The notes under the pieces: model-generated | Databases searched by the model: none | Told to the model about the DNA's origin: nothing | Seen by the model: the letters and a program-made list of their open reading frames with translations, nothing else | Made by a program: the position numbers and the translations under genes | Assembly: GCA_028534125.1 (NCBI GenBank) | Contig: CM052818.1 | Location: forward strand, 2,172,001 to 2,236,000 | Source of the DNA: Lama glama | Lineage: Eukaryota | Reading direction: 5' to 3' | DNA length: 64,000 nucleotides | Shown: piece by piece, positions 1-12,012 of the stretch | Position numbering within the stretch: position 1 is the stretch's first letter | Layout of the letters: the number at the start of each line of letters is the position of its first letter

Positions 1-798
1 AGGGTTTGGTGCAAATGCCAGGCGAAGTCTCTGGTGGCTGGCCATGAGCATCTGCTGGAGCGTCCCCTTCCCCGAGCCCCGACACTTGCCCTTCAGCAGT
101 GGCCCCTGAAGCCTCCTCTGTCTCCAGATGTTTGGTGTCCTGCAGCCTGGCTCCGCGGCGGCATTAATGGACCGTGGCGGCATGGAGGCTTCTGCTGGGC
201 ACGATGGAGGTCAGTTTACTTAACTCGATTATAAACAAAAGCAATAATTAGCCTGGGTGAGGGAGCAAAGGGAAAAGGAATAAATCAAGCCGAGGCTGAA
301 GAAACACCTGTGGAAAGAACTCCTCAGCTCGGGGGAACAGCAGCTGCAGTAAACAAACCACGAGCGACCTTGGCTCCCAGACTATTAATTTGCTGATTGT
401 TGATGGGTTTACACAGCCTAAAATGGGAAGAAATCCACAGGCAGGCAGCAGCCCAATCGCCCTGTGTGGGAGCATTTAGTCACTGAATTAGTGGAGGTGG
501 GTCAGTCCTGGTCCGGGGCCGTGGGCCCGGGTCGGGGCTCCACCGTCGCTGGGGCCCCCAATGGCAGCTGCACCCTCTGCAGACTCAGACACAGAAGGAG
601 AGGGGTGGGGTCGGCGTCGCACTCAGACAGCTACGGTGGGGAGCAGAACCAGACAGGTCTATGTACTGGTCGGGACTTTGGGTTGCAACTTGAACCAGTT
701 TAGGAAAAAAGGATGAATATTTTCTCAGAGAATTCAACCAAGTCATGGCAAGAGCAAGGATGCAACTGGGCTTCAGGAAACCTTCCGGCACCCGGGTT

Positions 799-836
799 CC
801 TCCCTCCCTCCCTCCCTCCCTCCCTCTCTCTCTCTC
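799..836 (+). repeat. (CCCT)n-(CT)n microsatellite
   Basis: Read directly. Confidence 0.9.
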
Positions 837-1379
837 ATCTCCATCTCCGTCTCTCATCCACACCTCTGTGCGTTCGCTTCCTTACTTACTTACTGCACAA
901 CGGCGTTCTTCACACAGACAAAAATGGACCCCAAGTGTTTCCAAGTTTTACCCCTTCAACCTCATTCTCTTTCTCAGTTTCTGTTTTAAAAAGTAAATCA
1001 GGGGATGACTAAATTGAGCAGGGTGGTGGGTCTTGAACAAATGGACCAGAACCGGAAGGGTAAGGGGCTATGGTTGACCCAGCCTGGGAAAGACCCAGCT
1101 GTGCCAAAGACCCGGCTAGTCTGCACTCTTCAGCCACATGGGTGGTGGGGATGGAAGGGAAGGGAGACAGCTCTGGCTGGAAGGAGAGGGGAGGGGGCTG
1201 GGTGTTCATGCCACAGCTGGATGCTGCAGCTCAGTTAACAGTCTCAGTGAAGAACCACAATGGCAGTGCGAGCAGCAGGAGTGCAGGGTGAAGAACACGT
1301 GACTGAGTTGGGTGGATGGAAGGAGGTGGCACCATGGTGAGTGAAGACGGGGAACGTCCCTCCAAGCTGAGAGGAGCAA

Positions 1380-3330
1380 ATGGCAAAAGATGTGGGAGCC
1401 TGAGAGTACGTGGCTGTGACAAGAAATGGTACCTCTGGGTGATGGGGTGGCAGCTGGGCCTGAAAAACCCGATGGGCCGTTGACTTTATTATCTAGTCAA
1501 TGAGGAGTCATTGCTGTCGTTTGAGCCAGGGTGATATGATCATACATTCATTCAACAAACACTTCCTGGATGCTGGTTATTTTCCAGGCCTTGTGCCTAG
1601 TGCTGGGGACAGGGAGAAGGAAAGCACATGGCCCTGCCCCACCGAGAGCCTCTGGGCAGGTGAGAGAGATGTGGAAATGGGTGGTCACTGTGCTGGCTTT
1701 AGGGCAGAGAGAGGCTGTACCACTGAGGCTGGGGCTGGAGTTATGTCCCCTCCCCACAAAGGCATGGAAGGGAGACAGAAAAAGCTTCCCAGAGGGGTCG
1801 ACACTTAGGCTGAGTCCTGGGGGCTGAGCAGGTGTCTGCCACCTGGTTGGGGAGGTGGAAAGAATGGGATGAATGGGAAACCCAGGCCAAGGAAGGGGAG
1901 GTGCAGTTTTCAGAGGTCACAAAGCTGCTGCTAATAGCAAAGCCAGAATAAGGAGAAATAGGGCCTGGGCTGAAAGGAGAAACAGAAGCCAGCTGGGTGC
2001 ACACCGTGGGCAGTGGGGAGCCGTGCAAGATATATAAGTAGCAGAGGTAAGTCTAAGAAAGAGTCTGGCTGCACCAGAGACATGGAGAGGCATGTCCAAA
2101 AGGGAGGCAGGGGACAGGTAGCAGGCGTCTGTGAGACCAGGAGAGAAGTGAAGAGACGTGGACTGTGGTGGGGGATGGAGAGGAAGGGGCAGCTTTGAGG
2201 GAGCGGGATGGATGGGTGACATGGGGACCGATGCAGAGAGCCTGGGGAGGAGCCATGGGGGCCACACACAGGAGCAAGGGCCCCACGAGGAAAAGAAGGT
2301 TTGGGAAGAAAATCTTGAGTTAGATTTGAGGACATATTGATTTTGAGGGGCCGTGGGACCTCCTAAAGGAATTACCCAGGGGTGAGGTCAGAAGGTACTT
2401 CTGCACGAAAGATACAGACTCGGGAACCCTTACATTGGGAAGACAGGGACTAAATCCCTGGGGTGCTTTAGATCCCTACGGAAAACAGAGAGAGAAGCGA
2501 GTGGGACTGAAGATGTAGCAATGACATTTAAGGGGCAGGCGGAGGAAACTTGCCCATGAAAAATATGAACAAGGACCCATCAGAGATAGCTGTCCTCCAA
2601 TATCTGTTCCCCCTTCCTTACATGTAAGGGAATTTCAGCCCAGCTAGATCACAGTCCCCAGCCAAGCATGGCCACGTGCTGTGTCCTGGCCAGTGGGTCA
2701 TGAGCCAACGTGACATTACGCTGCCCACGGAGGGCAGGAGTGGGCATCTGAAACCAAGAAATGGAAGTAGTATGTGGAAGACGGCAGTATAAACAGGACC
2801 TGGGTCCTGAAACCATCACACCACCATCCCTGCCACGCCTCCAGCCTTTTCCTTGAGAGAGAATTCCATTTGCATCTTGTCGAAGCCACTCTATTTGGGG
2901 ATCCTTTGGTTCAGAGGGGTGTAGAGTCCAAGGAGGAGTGTGGTATGTGTAATCAGCTACTACAGAGGTCAAAGGGGAGAGGTCAGAGAGGACTTGGCGT
3001 TGAGGCCACTGGTGACCACAGTGAACAGGGACTGAATGGGATGGAGGGGCCTGAGTTCAAGTAGAGGAGCTGTGAATGTCAAGTTGAGCAGAGAAGCAGG
3101 TGTACACAACACGTTCCAGAAGGCAGGCTGAGGGTAAGAGCCAAGAGATGGGCTGTGGGCTGGACTCCCAGGACCATGGAGGCAGCGGTGAGAGAGGCGT
3201 GCAGGGCTGGCAGAGGGGGTAGTGAGGGAAGGGGTCCAGGGAAGCCCCTTAGCTGTGGGGATGCTCCTGAGGGAAATAAGTCTTGGGCTGAAGCAGGGTG
3301 ACGGGGTCAGCCAGGCCGGGATGGGTACGT
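1380..3330 (-). mobile_element. Fragmented L2 LINE(s), interrupted by a MaLR fragment
   Basis: CATTCATTCAACAAACA L2 3' tail (antisense) at ~1545 and purine-rich L2-type phrases (GGAGTCATTG..TTTGAGCCAGGG..ATGATC; GAGGTCA..; CACTGGTGACC). Confidence 0.6.
2588..2810 (+). mobile_element. MLT1-family (ERVL-MaLR) LTR fragment
   Basis: TAGCTGTCCTCCAATATCTGTTCCCC...CATGGCCACGTG..CTGGCCAGTGG resembles the 5' part of old MLT1 LTRs. Confidence 0.5.
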
Positions 3331-4569
3331 GAGGTGTGGTCAATGGGTAGGGACTCCCTGTCCACAGGGCCCAAAAAACATCCCAAGATCGTGAAGGAGA
3401 CCAGGAGAAAGGGAAATCTGCCGAGGGAGTGGGAGGTGGGAGAATCAGTGGCCGCTGGGGGCTAGGCGGAAGGGAAGCCTGGACAGGCTTGTCCTGGAGT
3501 GTTTCCTGACGGGTTTGGGAAGGAGAAGGGTGAGCCCAGTCCCCATCATCAGCCCACAAGGGCAGATCCGAGGTCTGCCCACAACAGCCTCCCTCGGGTC
3601 ACAGCTTTCATGGACCATCAGTTAGTGTCCAGTGTTGGGGACACTGGCTCTGAGCTGCTGTTTGCTGGACCAAAGTTCCAGGCAGATCTGGGCCCAGTGG
3701 AGACTGGAAGAAGGCAGAAAGGGGCCCTCGGCCAAGAGAAAGAAGGAGGAAGAACCCATCTCTTGGTTCTGGGCTTTCCATCCCTGGAGCAGGAAGAGTG
3801 GGGACTGGAAAGGTCTGGGTCGAGAGGAGGTGACGAGTCAACGACTGGGGACACGCTGGGCCTGCGGCTCCCCTGGAGAGTAGCTGGGAGACAGAGGGTC
3901 TCGGGCTCTGGTTCTCACGTCTCCAGGGCTGAGGGGAGCACGGTTGGAATGCACCACAAGCCAGTGTCCATCCCCCGGGGCAGCCAGTGGGGAATCTCCA
4001 GCCCTGAAGTCATCACCACCCGAGGAGCCTGGACCCCGCCATGGAAAACGGGTCCCGCAGGGGCGCCCGGCGCCGGCCGGCAAGGATGAGCTCATAGCTG
4101 CTTGCGCCTCTTCCCCCCTTTTCCAGGCAGCTCAGATTTCTGGACGTCAGGCGCGTCTGACCGACAGGAGCGGAGGACAAGAAGTGGACTAGGATACGGA
4201 CCCAAGGTGGGATGTCGGGCCCAGCGGTGACCCCTCCACTCCAGCGCTGCTCCTGCCTCCCTGGCTCCGTCCTAGGCCAGATCCATGGCGGGGGGTGGGG
4301 ATCCCTCCTCACTTCCCACTAAGGCACCAAAGGAGCCCAAAGCCTCTAGGAAAACACACCTGTGTTACCCAAAGGAGCAGCAGCACCTCTGTTCTCTCCC
4401 ATCAGCCCAGACTGCTTATCACATATTTGCATTGCCAATGAGGGCCCTGGACCCAAAAAGTATTAGGCAACAGAGCAGAAGAGGTAGTGAGGGTGGCAGG
4501 TGCCTGGTGAGGCTCGGGGCATCATGGGAGGAGGCAAGAGGTTGTCATGCAACTCTGCAGACAGAGCCC

Positions 4570-4740
4570 TGTGTGGAGAGTCAGAGCATCTGGCCCCGGC
4601 TCCTGGTCCACTGCTTCACAGCCCTGTGCCCCACTTTCTGCCACAGGGCCTCGGTTTCCCCTCTGTGGAATGGAAATGCCACCTGACCTTAGGGTGTTTT
4701 GAGGATGACTGGAAAGCACAGAAGTGGGCTTTGAAACCTC
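4570..4740 (+). mobile_element. MIR SINE
   Basis: Core GGCCTCGGTTTCCCCTCTGTGGAATGG...TTTTGAGGAT. Confidence 0.65.
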
Positions 4741-6220
4741 ACAGCTCTTGGCACTCAAGGGCAGCACATTATTGATGCAAGTCCCCGGGGCACCATTCAC
4801 ACTGTAGCCTGGAAGCAGGGCGCTCCCTGTGATGTGAATGGAGCTCGTGGGAGCGGTACAGGCCTGCAGACCAGGCCCTCTGATTGGGGAGATGGCTGTC
4901 CAGAAAGTTCCTTGCTTGGGAAGTGGGGCCATCCTGGTCACCTGACCATTGAGGGGCTCTCTGGAGGCCAGGTCCCTGCAGGAGACCAGTCCTGCTTAGG
5001 ACCTTCTAATCTAAACGAGGCCATGCTGCTTCCCAGCAGGTGGCTGCAGAGGGAAGCCAGCTAGAGCATCTCACAGAGTTAGGACATGATCAGACAGCCC
5101 ACAGTGAGTGAGACACTCAGTGATGCTACGGAAGAGACGGGGCACTCCGGCCAGCTCTGGCACCTGGGAGACCAGATCAGACATTCCTAGAGGACCACCC
5201 AGAATCCCTGTTAGTTTATCAACTATAAAGCCTGGGTTTCCTTTATATGATATTTCCTGATGTCTGCACAAGGGACATCAGACTGTCAGGGTCACCGCCA
5301 TTGTCAATCACAGGTGTAATAAGGCAGAGTGGCCTTGGAGGTCGAACCCTTAGGCCTGACCCCTCTCCAGGTCATTGTCTCCACTGTGGGAGCCTGAGGG
5401 AAGGGGGCCCTATGCTGGGAGCAGCCAATCCCACGGATGGACAGCGCTCCCTGGCATCCAGATTTGGAGACTTTGTGGTGGGAAGTGTCATTTCCCCTGT
5501 AGGGAGAATTTCCCCAAAAAGGAGAGGAAAGGAAGTGAGATGCCAGTTATTGAGTCCTTGATCTGTGCTGGGACTTCACCTGCTGTGCTCAGCATACAGT
5601 AGGCACTCAATGGGCAGCATGGTAGCCAACGAGGATGGGCAACAGAGGCGACAGAGGGACTTTTCAGAACATACATCTAGAGATCACTCTTTAAGCTATC
5701 AACTGGGCTGTGCTCGGAGAAATCCAACCTCTAGAACATTATCCCCACAGTATAGGGAGAAGCTGCCACATGTATGGACCTGCTACTTTGGGATATGAAG
5801 GAATTTGTGTTCATCAAACAAAGCTAAAGATCAACAAGTTGTTGAAGAAAGGTATGGAGGTGGGGATTGATTCCCAAAGGGTAAAAAATGCACACCTTTG
5901 CTCATTTGTTCCTGTTCACCAGCCTGTGTGAGTTCAGTGGTCAAAACTGCCAGCCACCAGAGCCCTAGAAATGGAACAAACTGTCTCATACGTGGAGAGA
6001 GCTCCACCATTAGAGGCTTTCAAACAGAGTTCTCCCAATCTTCCCAACCCTGGTAGCCCATCTTTCTGCTAAAATGGTCAAGAAAGTCCTTGGGTTCATT
6101 GAGCCAACATCCGCCTCCCTTTCTCTTCCTCCCCTCTGAAGCAATACTGAGAAAGTTTTTCAGCCTCTGTTCACATTCAAGTCCTTTAAAGACTTGAGGA
6201 GAGCAGGATGAAGAGAACAT

Positions 6221-6520
6221 TAGCTATCCTCCAAAAGATCATCTCTCCTGATTTGGGCAAAGATCAAGACTCTACTTCCAGCCTCCCTTGCAGTTACGTG
6301 CAACCACGTGACTCAGTTATGCCCAGTGCTACTTGAGCAGAAGTGATGTGCATGCCTTCCTGGGCAGGGCCATAAAAACAACTCTTTGTTCTTCCCTGTC
6401 CTGCTGACCAGAAAGTGGACACCCAGAGTGACCGGAAGCCATGTGTTCAGAATGGCAGTGTGTTTCCTGATGTGAAGAGAGTGCATGTACAAGACGGGGT
6501 AGAGCACCCAAGCTAATTTG
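6221..6520 (+). mobile_element. MLT1-family LTR fragment
   Basis: TTCCAGCCTCCCTTGCAGTTA..CCACGTGACT..GCAGAAGTGATGTG motifs. Confidence 0.6.
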
Positions 6521-6954
6521 ACTGTATAGCGTTTTATCTGTGGTTTAGGTGGCAAAATACCTCAGTACGGCATTCAGAGCCCTCCACACTCTGGCCCTAA
6601 CCGACCTTTCCAGCCCTATATTCAGCTGCTTCTCTCTATGAATTGTGTGCTCCAAATAGCTTTCCCAGAATCTGTTGAATTTCTCGGAAGCCAGAAATGC
6701 CCGGGGAACGGAGGAGTGATGGCAAGTAGGTTTGCCATGATTGGTCCTGCCTCCAGCGCCTGGTGTTTCCTCCCTCTGAATTGTTTTCCCTTCATCCCAA
6801 AGCCCCCCGACATTGACCAAGTACTTCCTCCATGACCGTATCAGCCTTCCGTGATGCCTCCATGGCTCTCACTACCTCCTGCACTCTAAGAGTAAACAGC
6901 GACTATTCATCATTAACGACTTCAGGAATATTCCAGTTGTCCTCTTTGCAGGCT

Positions 6955-7495
6955 CTCAGAAGATTGCACTTCCCTGATCCTTTGGAAACTAGTCTTCCTT
7001 TGGCCAATAAAAGTAGGCAGAAATGATAGGTGTGAGCAGAAGCTTGAAATCCCAAAGGTTGCTTCACCATATTCTCTTTCCCCTCTGCCGCCAAGACTGG
7101 CAAAGTTACAAATGCCTCAAGGATGCTCCATCAGCCTGAATCCCAGAGTGACAATGATGTGGAACCAAGCCACATCCGACCTGCTAAGTGCATAGAGGTG
7201 AGTGAGAAAGTCTGTTGTTGAAAGCCATAGCAATGTTGGAGTCTTTCATTACCACCCCATAACCTAGCCCAAGCCGATCAACACAGAAACAATGCATGAT
7301 TCGTCAGATTCTCCTCTTAGGGCCTCCGTGATCCTAAAAGCACGTAGAATTGGGTCCTCCATCAACACAGCCCATGAGTGACTACAAGAGTGGCATCACC
7401 TTCTAACATGTGGTATTAGAATTAAATTCTTGCTGTGTAAACTCTCCAACATAGGGGGGCTGTTTGTTATTACAGCATAACCCAGCCTATCCAGC
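6955..7495 (+). mobile_element. MLT1-family LTR fragments
   Basis: TTGCACTTCCCTG..TGGCCAATAAAA..; 3' ends TTGTTGAAAGCCA..CATAACCTAGCC and TTTGTTATTACAGCATAACCCAGCCTATCC. Confidence 0.6.
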
Positions 7496-7569
7496 CTGTT
7501 GTCTTAAAATGCCCTACATATATGTCTGTCTTACAATCTTGAGTAGTAGTCCCATACTGATAATATTGT

Positions 7570-8200
7570 GTCTGTCATTGCTACGTCCAGCATCACTGCA
7601 TCTGTTACCAATACCACCATCTTCACCATTATGAAATCTGACGTCTTGGCTGTAATCACTCCAAAGCCCCTGCAAATACGAAATCCGTCATCACGGCCAA
7701 CATTCCCATCACTACCACCTCCAACACCAGTGCCGCAATCACTCCCATCATTCTCACCATTCTCATCACTAAGCACCATCACTGTCACTTTCACCTTCAT
7801 TAACATCATTGTCTATGTCGTCCACATTACTATCACCTCTTCCTGTATCCCCCTCATCACTGCCGTCAACCCCACTATTATCATCTATCTCACCACCACC
7901 ACTATCACCACATCACTTCCACTACACTGCTAACACCCCCTCCTCTAACTTCTCCATCTTACCACCTGTCATCACTAATGCAATCACTTCCATAATTTCC
8001 TTCTAATTCTTTTCACCGTTACTTCCAGTATCATCATCAATATCACTTGCACTGTCATAGCATCGTCACTGCCTCTCTCCCTTCTCCTGCACTTCCTCTA
8101 CTATGCTTATTACAAAATTCTCACTGTCATTGCCAATTTCTCTGTCTCCATCAGCTCCATCACCACACTAGGACCTCCAGCTTCATGGCCATCATCACCG
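7570..8200 (+). repeat. Degenerate (CAT/CAC)n low-complexity tract
   Basis: Long run of ATC/ACC/ACT triplets, G-poor. Confidence 0.85.
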
Positions 8201-8619
8201 GTGGATTCCAGGGGTCATTTACAGCCCTCCCCTTTCTGCTTGCTCTATCCTCAAGAAGGACTGTTGCAATAGTTACTCAGGTCGAAGACTCACTTATGGT
8301 ACACTGTGCTGGTTTAGAAGACCCATTATCTCTCCTTTTTGATTTGAACCTTTTCTCCCCTCTCCTCTTTTGCTCTCCCATGTGGCAGCCACATGGTCCT
8401 GGAAAGGCCTGAGCAATGGAGAAAAAGCAAGATGTATCTGTGTTTCCTGAGCTCCCTTTTGTGGCTTTCTGGTGAGTGAGGACACATCCAAGACTTGGAT
8501 TTGAACCTAGAGGCAGGAGATGGAGCAGCTCTTTCAGCTGATTTTGGTTCCAAGCCATTTGGACTGAATGACTTGGTCAAGAAGTTCTCCACATAATCTA
8601 GCATGGCTCACTAGAGTTC

Positions 8620-11100
8620 TCATTTTTATATTCTATTTAAATCTTTATTTTTTTAATCAAAGTAATACATACACATATTTTTGAAAGTAAAACGTTCTAC
8701 AAGGCTTATAATGAAAACCATAAAACTTCTGCTCCAATCCTGCTCTCTTCTGAGTCCTCCTTTCCTGAGGCAAGCATTTTGAATTGTTTTAACTCCTCTT
8801 TCTTCTAGTGTTTATTTCCATGTTTAGGAATGACATGGCAATATTGCTATTTCTTGCATTTTTCAGTTTTAGATTTTATCTACTGACCTACTATGGAAGA
8901 TGAGGATTCAGCTCTCTTACAACAACACCACACACACACACACACACACACACACATGCATGCACACATGCAATACTGATATCAATCACAGTCATATCCA
9001 GGCTCGGCATTACTATTACTATATTAGCATCATCTACACTCCAGCCCCTTTTCCTTTCTTGTACAACTTTTTCGTCCTCTTGGAATTAGTAATTACTTTG
9101 TTTGGCTATTTGCTTAATTTTCTATGTGTCATTTGCTACTTCATCCCTGAATTCTCTCATAGAACTGAAAATTTACTTTGAATGTACATAACTGTCGGTT
9201 TTACTTTCTTCTTGAAGACCTGCCCCTTGAAGTCCCCCATCTTCATGGACAGTATGGACCGACCGTCCTCTGTACATTTTGCATGACTGTCATCCTGACA
9301 CTTTCCTTCATCACCATTCTTGAACTTCCCTTTGTCTCTGTCCTGATTGACATCCTTTGTCTCCTTCCCCTTCCTTGGCTTACTTCTGAATTAAGGTAGA
9401 AAACATTCCTCGATATCCTCCTGGAAAATAGTGCTTGGGAGGTCATTTTTAAAGACAATTCATGCCCCCAAATACCTTTATTTTTATTGTCTTACTTAAC
9501 TACTAGTTGGGCTGGGTATAGAACTCTTATGTAGAAATGATTTCCTTCAGAATTTAGGAACATTGTGAATTTCCTTCTACTCTGTGTGGTAGTTGTTGAG
9601 ATCAAAATACAATCCTGATTCCCAACAGTTTGTAAATAAACTTTTTCCCCATTCTGGAAACTTTTACAGTTTTTATTTCCAGTGTTTTGAGATTTCACTG
9701 CAATGTGCCTTGGGGTGAGTTATTTTTGTTCTAAAACTTAGTTTACTGTGTGCTCATAGAAATTTTTCAGTCTATAAATTTCATGTTCTGCAGTTCTAAG
9801 AAGTCTTCTTATATTGTTTCTTTGGTAATTTTTTTTTACCTCCTTCCTTTATTTTACTTATTTATTTCCTAGGACTTTATTTTTAGATGCTGCTCCTAGA
9901 CTCATCATCCAACTTTCTGTCAATCTCCACCCCTTGGGTATTTTTACTCTACTTTTGGGGAATTCGTCCTGACTTTATCTTCCAAAAGTTATTTTGACTT
10001 TTAATAAAATATGGACATTATATTTGTATCTCCAAGAACTTTCTCTTTTTTTTAATCTGTTTTTAAAAAATCATCTCCAGTTCTCATTTAAAGAAAGCAT
10101 CACCTTTCCAATATAACTCTTAAAATGTTCATAATTTCTGTGCTTTCTTCCTCATTGTTTCCTCTATGTTCCTTTTTCCCCTTAGTTGGTTTTGATCTCT
10201 GCCTTTTATGTTGAAGGACTTCCTGAAATATCAAGGAATTCTTGGCTGTCCATTCATCTTGAAGTGTGAGGCGCTAAAATTCTGATTGCAAATGTTGGAA
10301 GAAGAAAGAAAGTTGTTGACATGTGGGCTTCACCTAAAGGGGACTGAGTGGGATTCACAGTTTCACTGGTGACCAAATATCAAAACCTGGTGGGGGGTTT
10401 TCTGGAGAAAATCCATTTTCCCAGGAAAGTCTCCTCAAACATCTTGCCTGTGTGATATTAACTTGTCTTCCAGTTTCTGGGGGTTGATGAAGAAGAGGTG
10501 AGATGTCCTTACCTTCTGGAAAAAGGCTTATCTTCTTTTCAGATTGGTTCCTAACCTCTCCCCCTGCTCTGCCTGGTGCCTCTATGTGCAGAATCTTTCA
10601 GGTTCAACGTCTCAGAGCATAAACTTTTTGTCTTCTCCCGGCATTGGTGGGGGTGCTTACCTGGTCATGTAGGGTAGGGAATAAATCTGATTTGGGGGAG
10701 TTCTTACCAGTTTTTTTAAAAAACTTCTAACCAATTCTCCCATTTTCCACCCTCATTCTGAATCCCTGCTTTCAGAAGTAACTGGTGCCTCCAATTCCCA
10801 GGCTTTGCTGGGATTCTGCGGCTAGAAATGTTTTGCTACCTACTTGTCCCTGCCACTTGCCCCCACAACCTTGCAGGCTTGGGTTTCGGCTTTCTGTGGT
10901 CTGCTAAGTCAGGTACCACTCATCCCTCCACTTTCTAATTTCCAAATTCTTCTTTTGTCTGCTGCTGTTCCCTCTCCCATTCTCTTTTTCCTTGTGGGTT
11001 TATGAATTTTTTTGCAAATTCCATTAATGAAATTTTAGTGGGGCTTCTGGAAGCAGCCAAGATAAACATGTGTGTTCAATCAGCAATGATTAAGAAGTCT
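8620..11100 (-). mobile_element. Ancient L1 (L1M-type) remnant including ORF1 region
   Basis: T-rich plus strand; minus-strand peptide at 9492-9698 (...FYIRVLYPAQLVVK) resembles the L1 ORF1p RILYPAKLSF motif; many stops. Confidence 0.7.
8926..8970 (+). repeat. (CA)n microsatellite
   Basis: Read directly. Confidence 0.9.
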
Positions 11101-11229
11101 AATGTTCTCTATTGGAGTTTAGGGCCAAAGTAACAGTTAACCATAAAGAATTCTTCCACCTTGCTTTGCCTGCCTCCTCTGTGCCTTTACCGCCTCGAGC
11201 AGATTACTGGTTGAAGGTAGTGCTGATCA

Positions 11230-11600
11230 CAGAGGACCATATCTCACCATGACTCCAAATGAAGTGTAACACAATTATCCCCAACAGCACAAACATCATC
11301 ATCTCTACCACCGCCTTTATCACCATCATCATCGCCATCACTGTTACCCTCCTCACCTCCCATACCCTTCCCTTGGCTTCATCATAGCCTCCATTACCAT
11401 CTCCACCACTGCCCCTACCACGATGGTAACTACAGTCTCCATCCATACTCCTTGGTGTCCATCACCACCGTCACTTCTGACATCACCTCCACTCCCTCCA
11501 CCATTGTATCTTGTCATCATGAATATCATCAACTCCATTGTTGCCACTTCCTTAATTTTCACCAAGAATTTCACCGTCTCCTCAAGCAGGATCACTTCCA
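11230..11600 (+). repeat. Second degenerate (CAT/CAC)n tract
   Basis: Same composition as 7570-8200. Confidence 0.85.
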
Positions 11601-11794
11601 CAAAGTTTTTAAAAATTATATATTGACTATATGCTTCCTTTTAAGTTGCAATAGTGATTTTCTGTAACATGGAGGAGTAATTTCTACCTTTGAGCACATA
11701 GCATTCTTCATTTGGACAATATGGGGATGGAAAAGAACCTGCTGGTTTCTCCAGCTCGAACTGCATACATGGGAAGGGGTGGGGAGGAAAAGGA

Positions 11795-12012
11795 ACATTC
11801 ATCGAGCCCTTTCTAGGTAACAGACATCATAGTAGGCACATGAGTTAGAGGATTTTCTCTGGTAAGAATCACTGCCCCAGTTTTACAAGGAGGAAACTGA
11901 GATTCCCAGATGCTAAATAACATACTCAAGGCCACACAATTAATAAGCGTTGGAGCCAAGATTCCAACCCTGTGTGACTTCAAAGCCCATATTCTTTCCA
12001 TTACACTATGCT
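11795..12012 (-). mobile_element. MIR SINE
   Basis: CCCAGTTTTACAAGGAGGAAACTGAG..CAAGGCCACACA.. is the antisense MIR core. Confidence 0.8.

Noticed and set aside
2966..2985. AGGTCA-N8-AGGTCA (DR8)
   Set aside because: Lies in an L2-derived purine-rich stretch where AGGTCA is common; no other support.
2969..4089. Two 196-aa ORFs (2969-3559 minus, 3499-4089 plus)
   Set aside because: No recognisable domain, Pro/Gly/Ser-biased, partly over L2; expected by chance in GC-rich DNA.
5033..5046. CTCF-like CCAGCAGGTGGCTG (and a similar motif at ~1836-1849 minus)
   Set aside because: Partial matches that are frequent in GC-rich DNA; cannot be supported without PWM scoring or ChIP.
7531..8006. Thr/Ile-rich mucin-like and Met/Val-rich ORFs
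   Set aside because: By-products of the degenerate triplet repeat; no splice or homology support.
9492..9698. ORF with L1 ORF1p-like motif
   Set aside because: Short decayed transposon fragment, not a gene.
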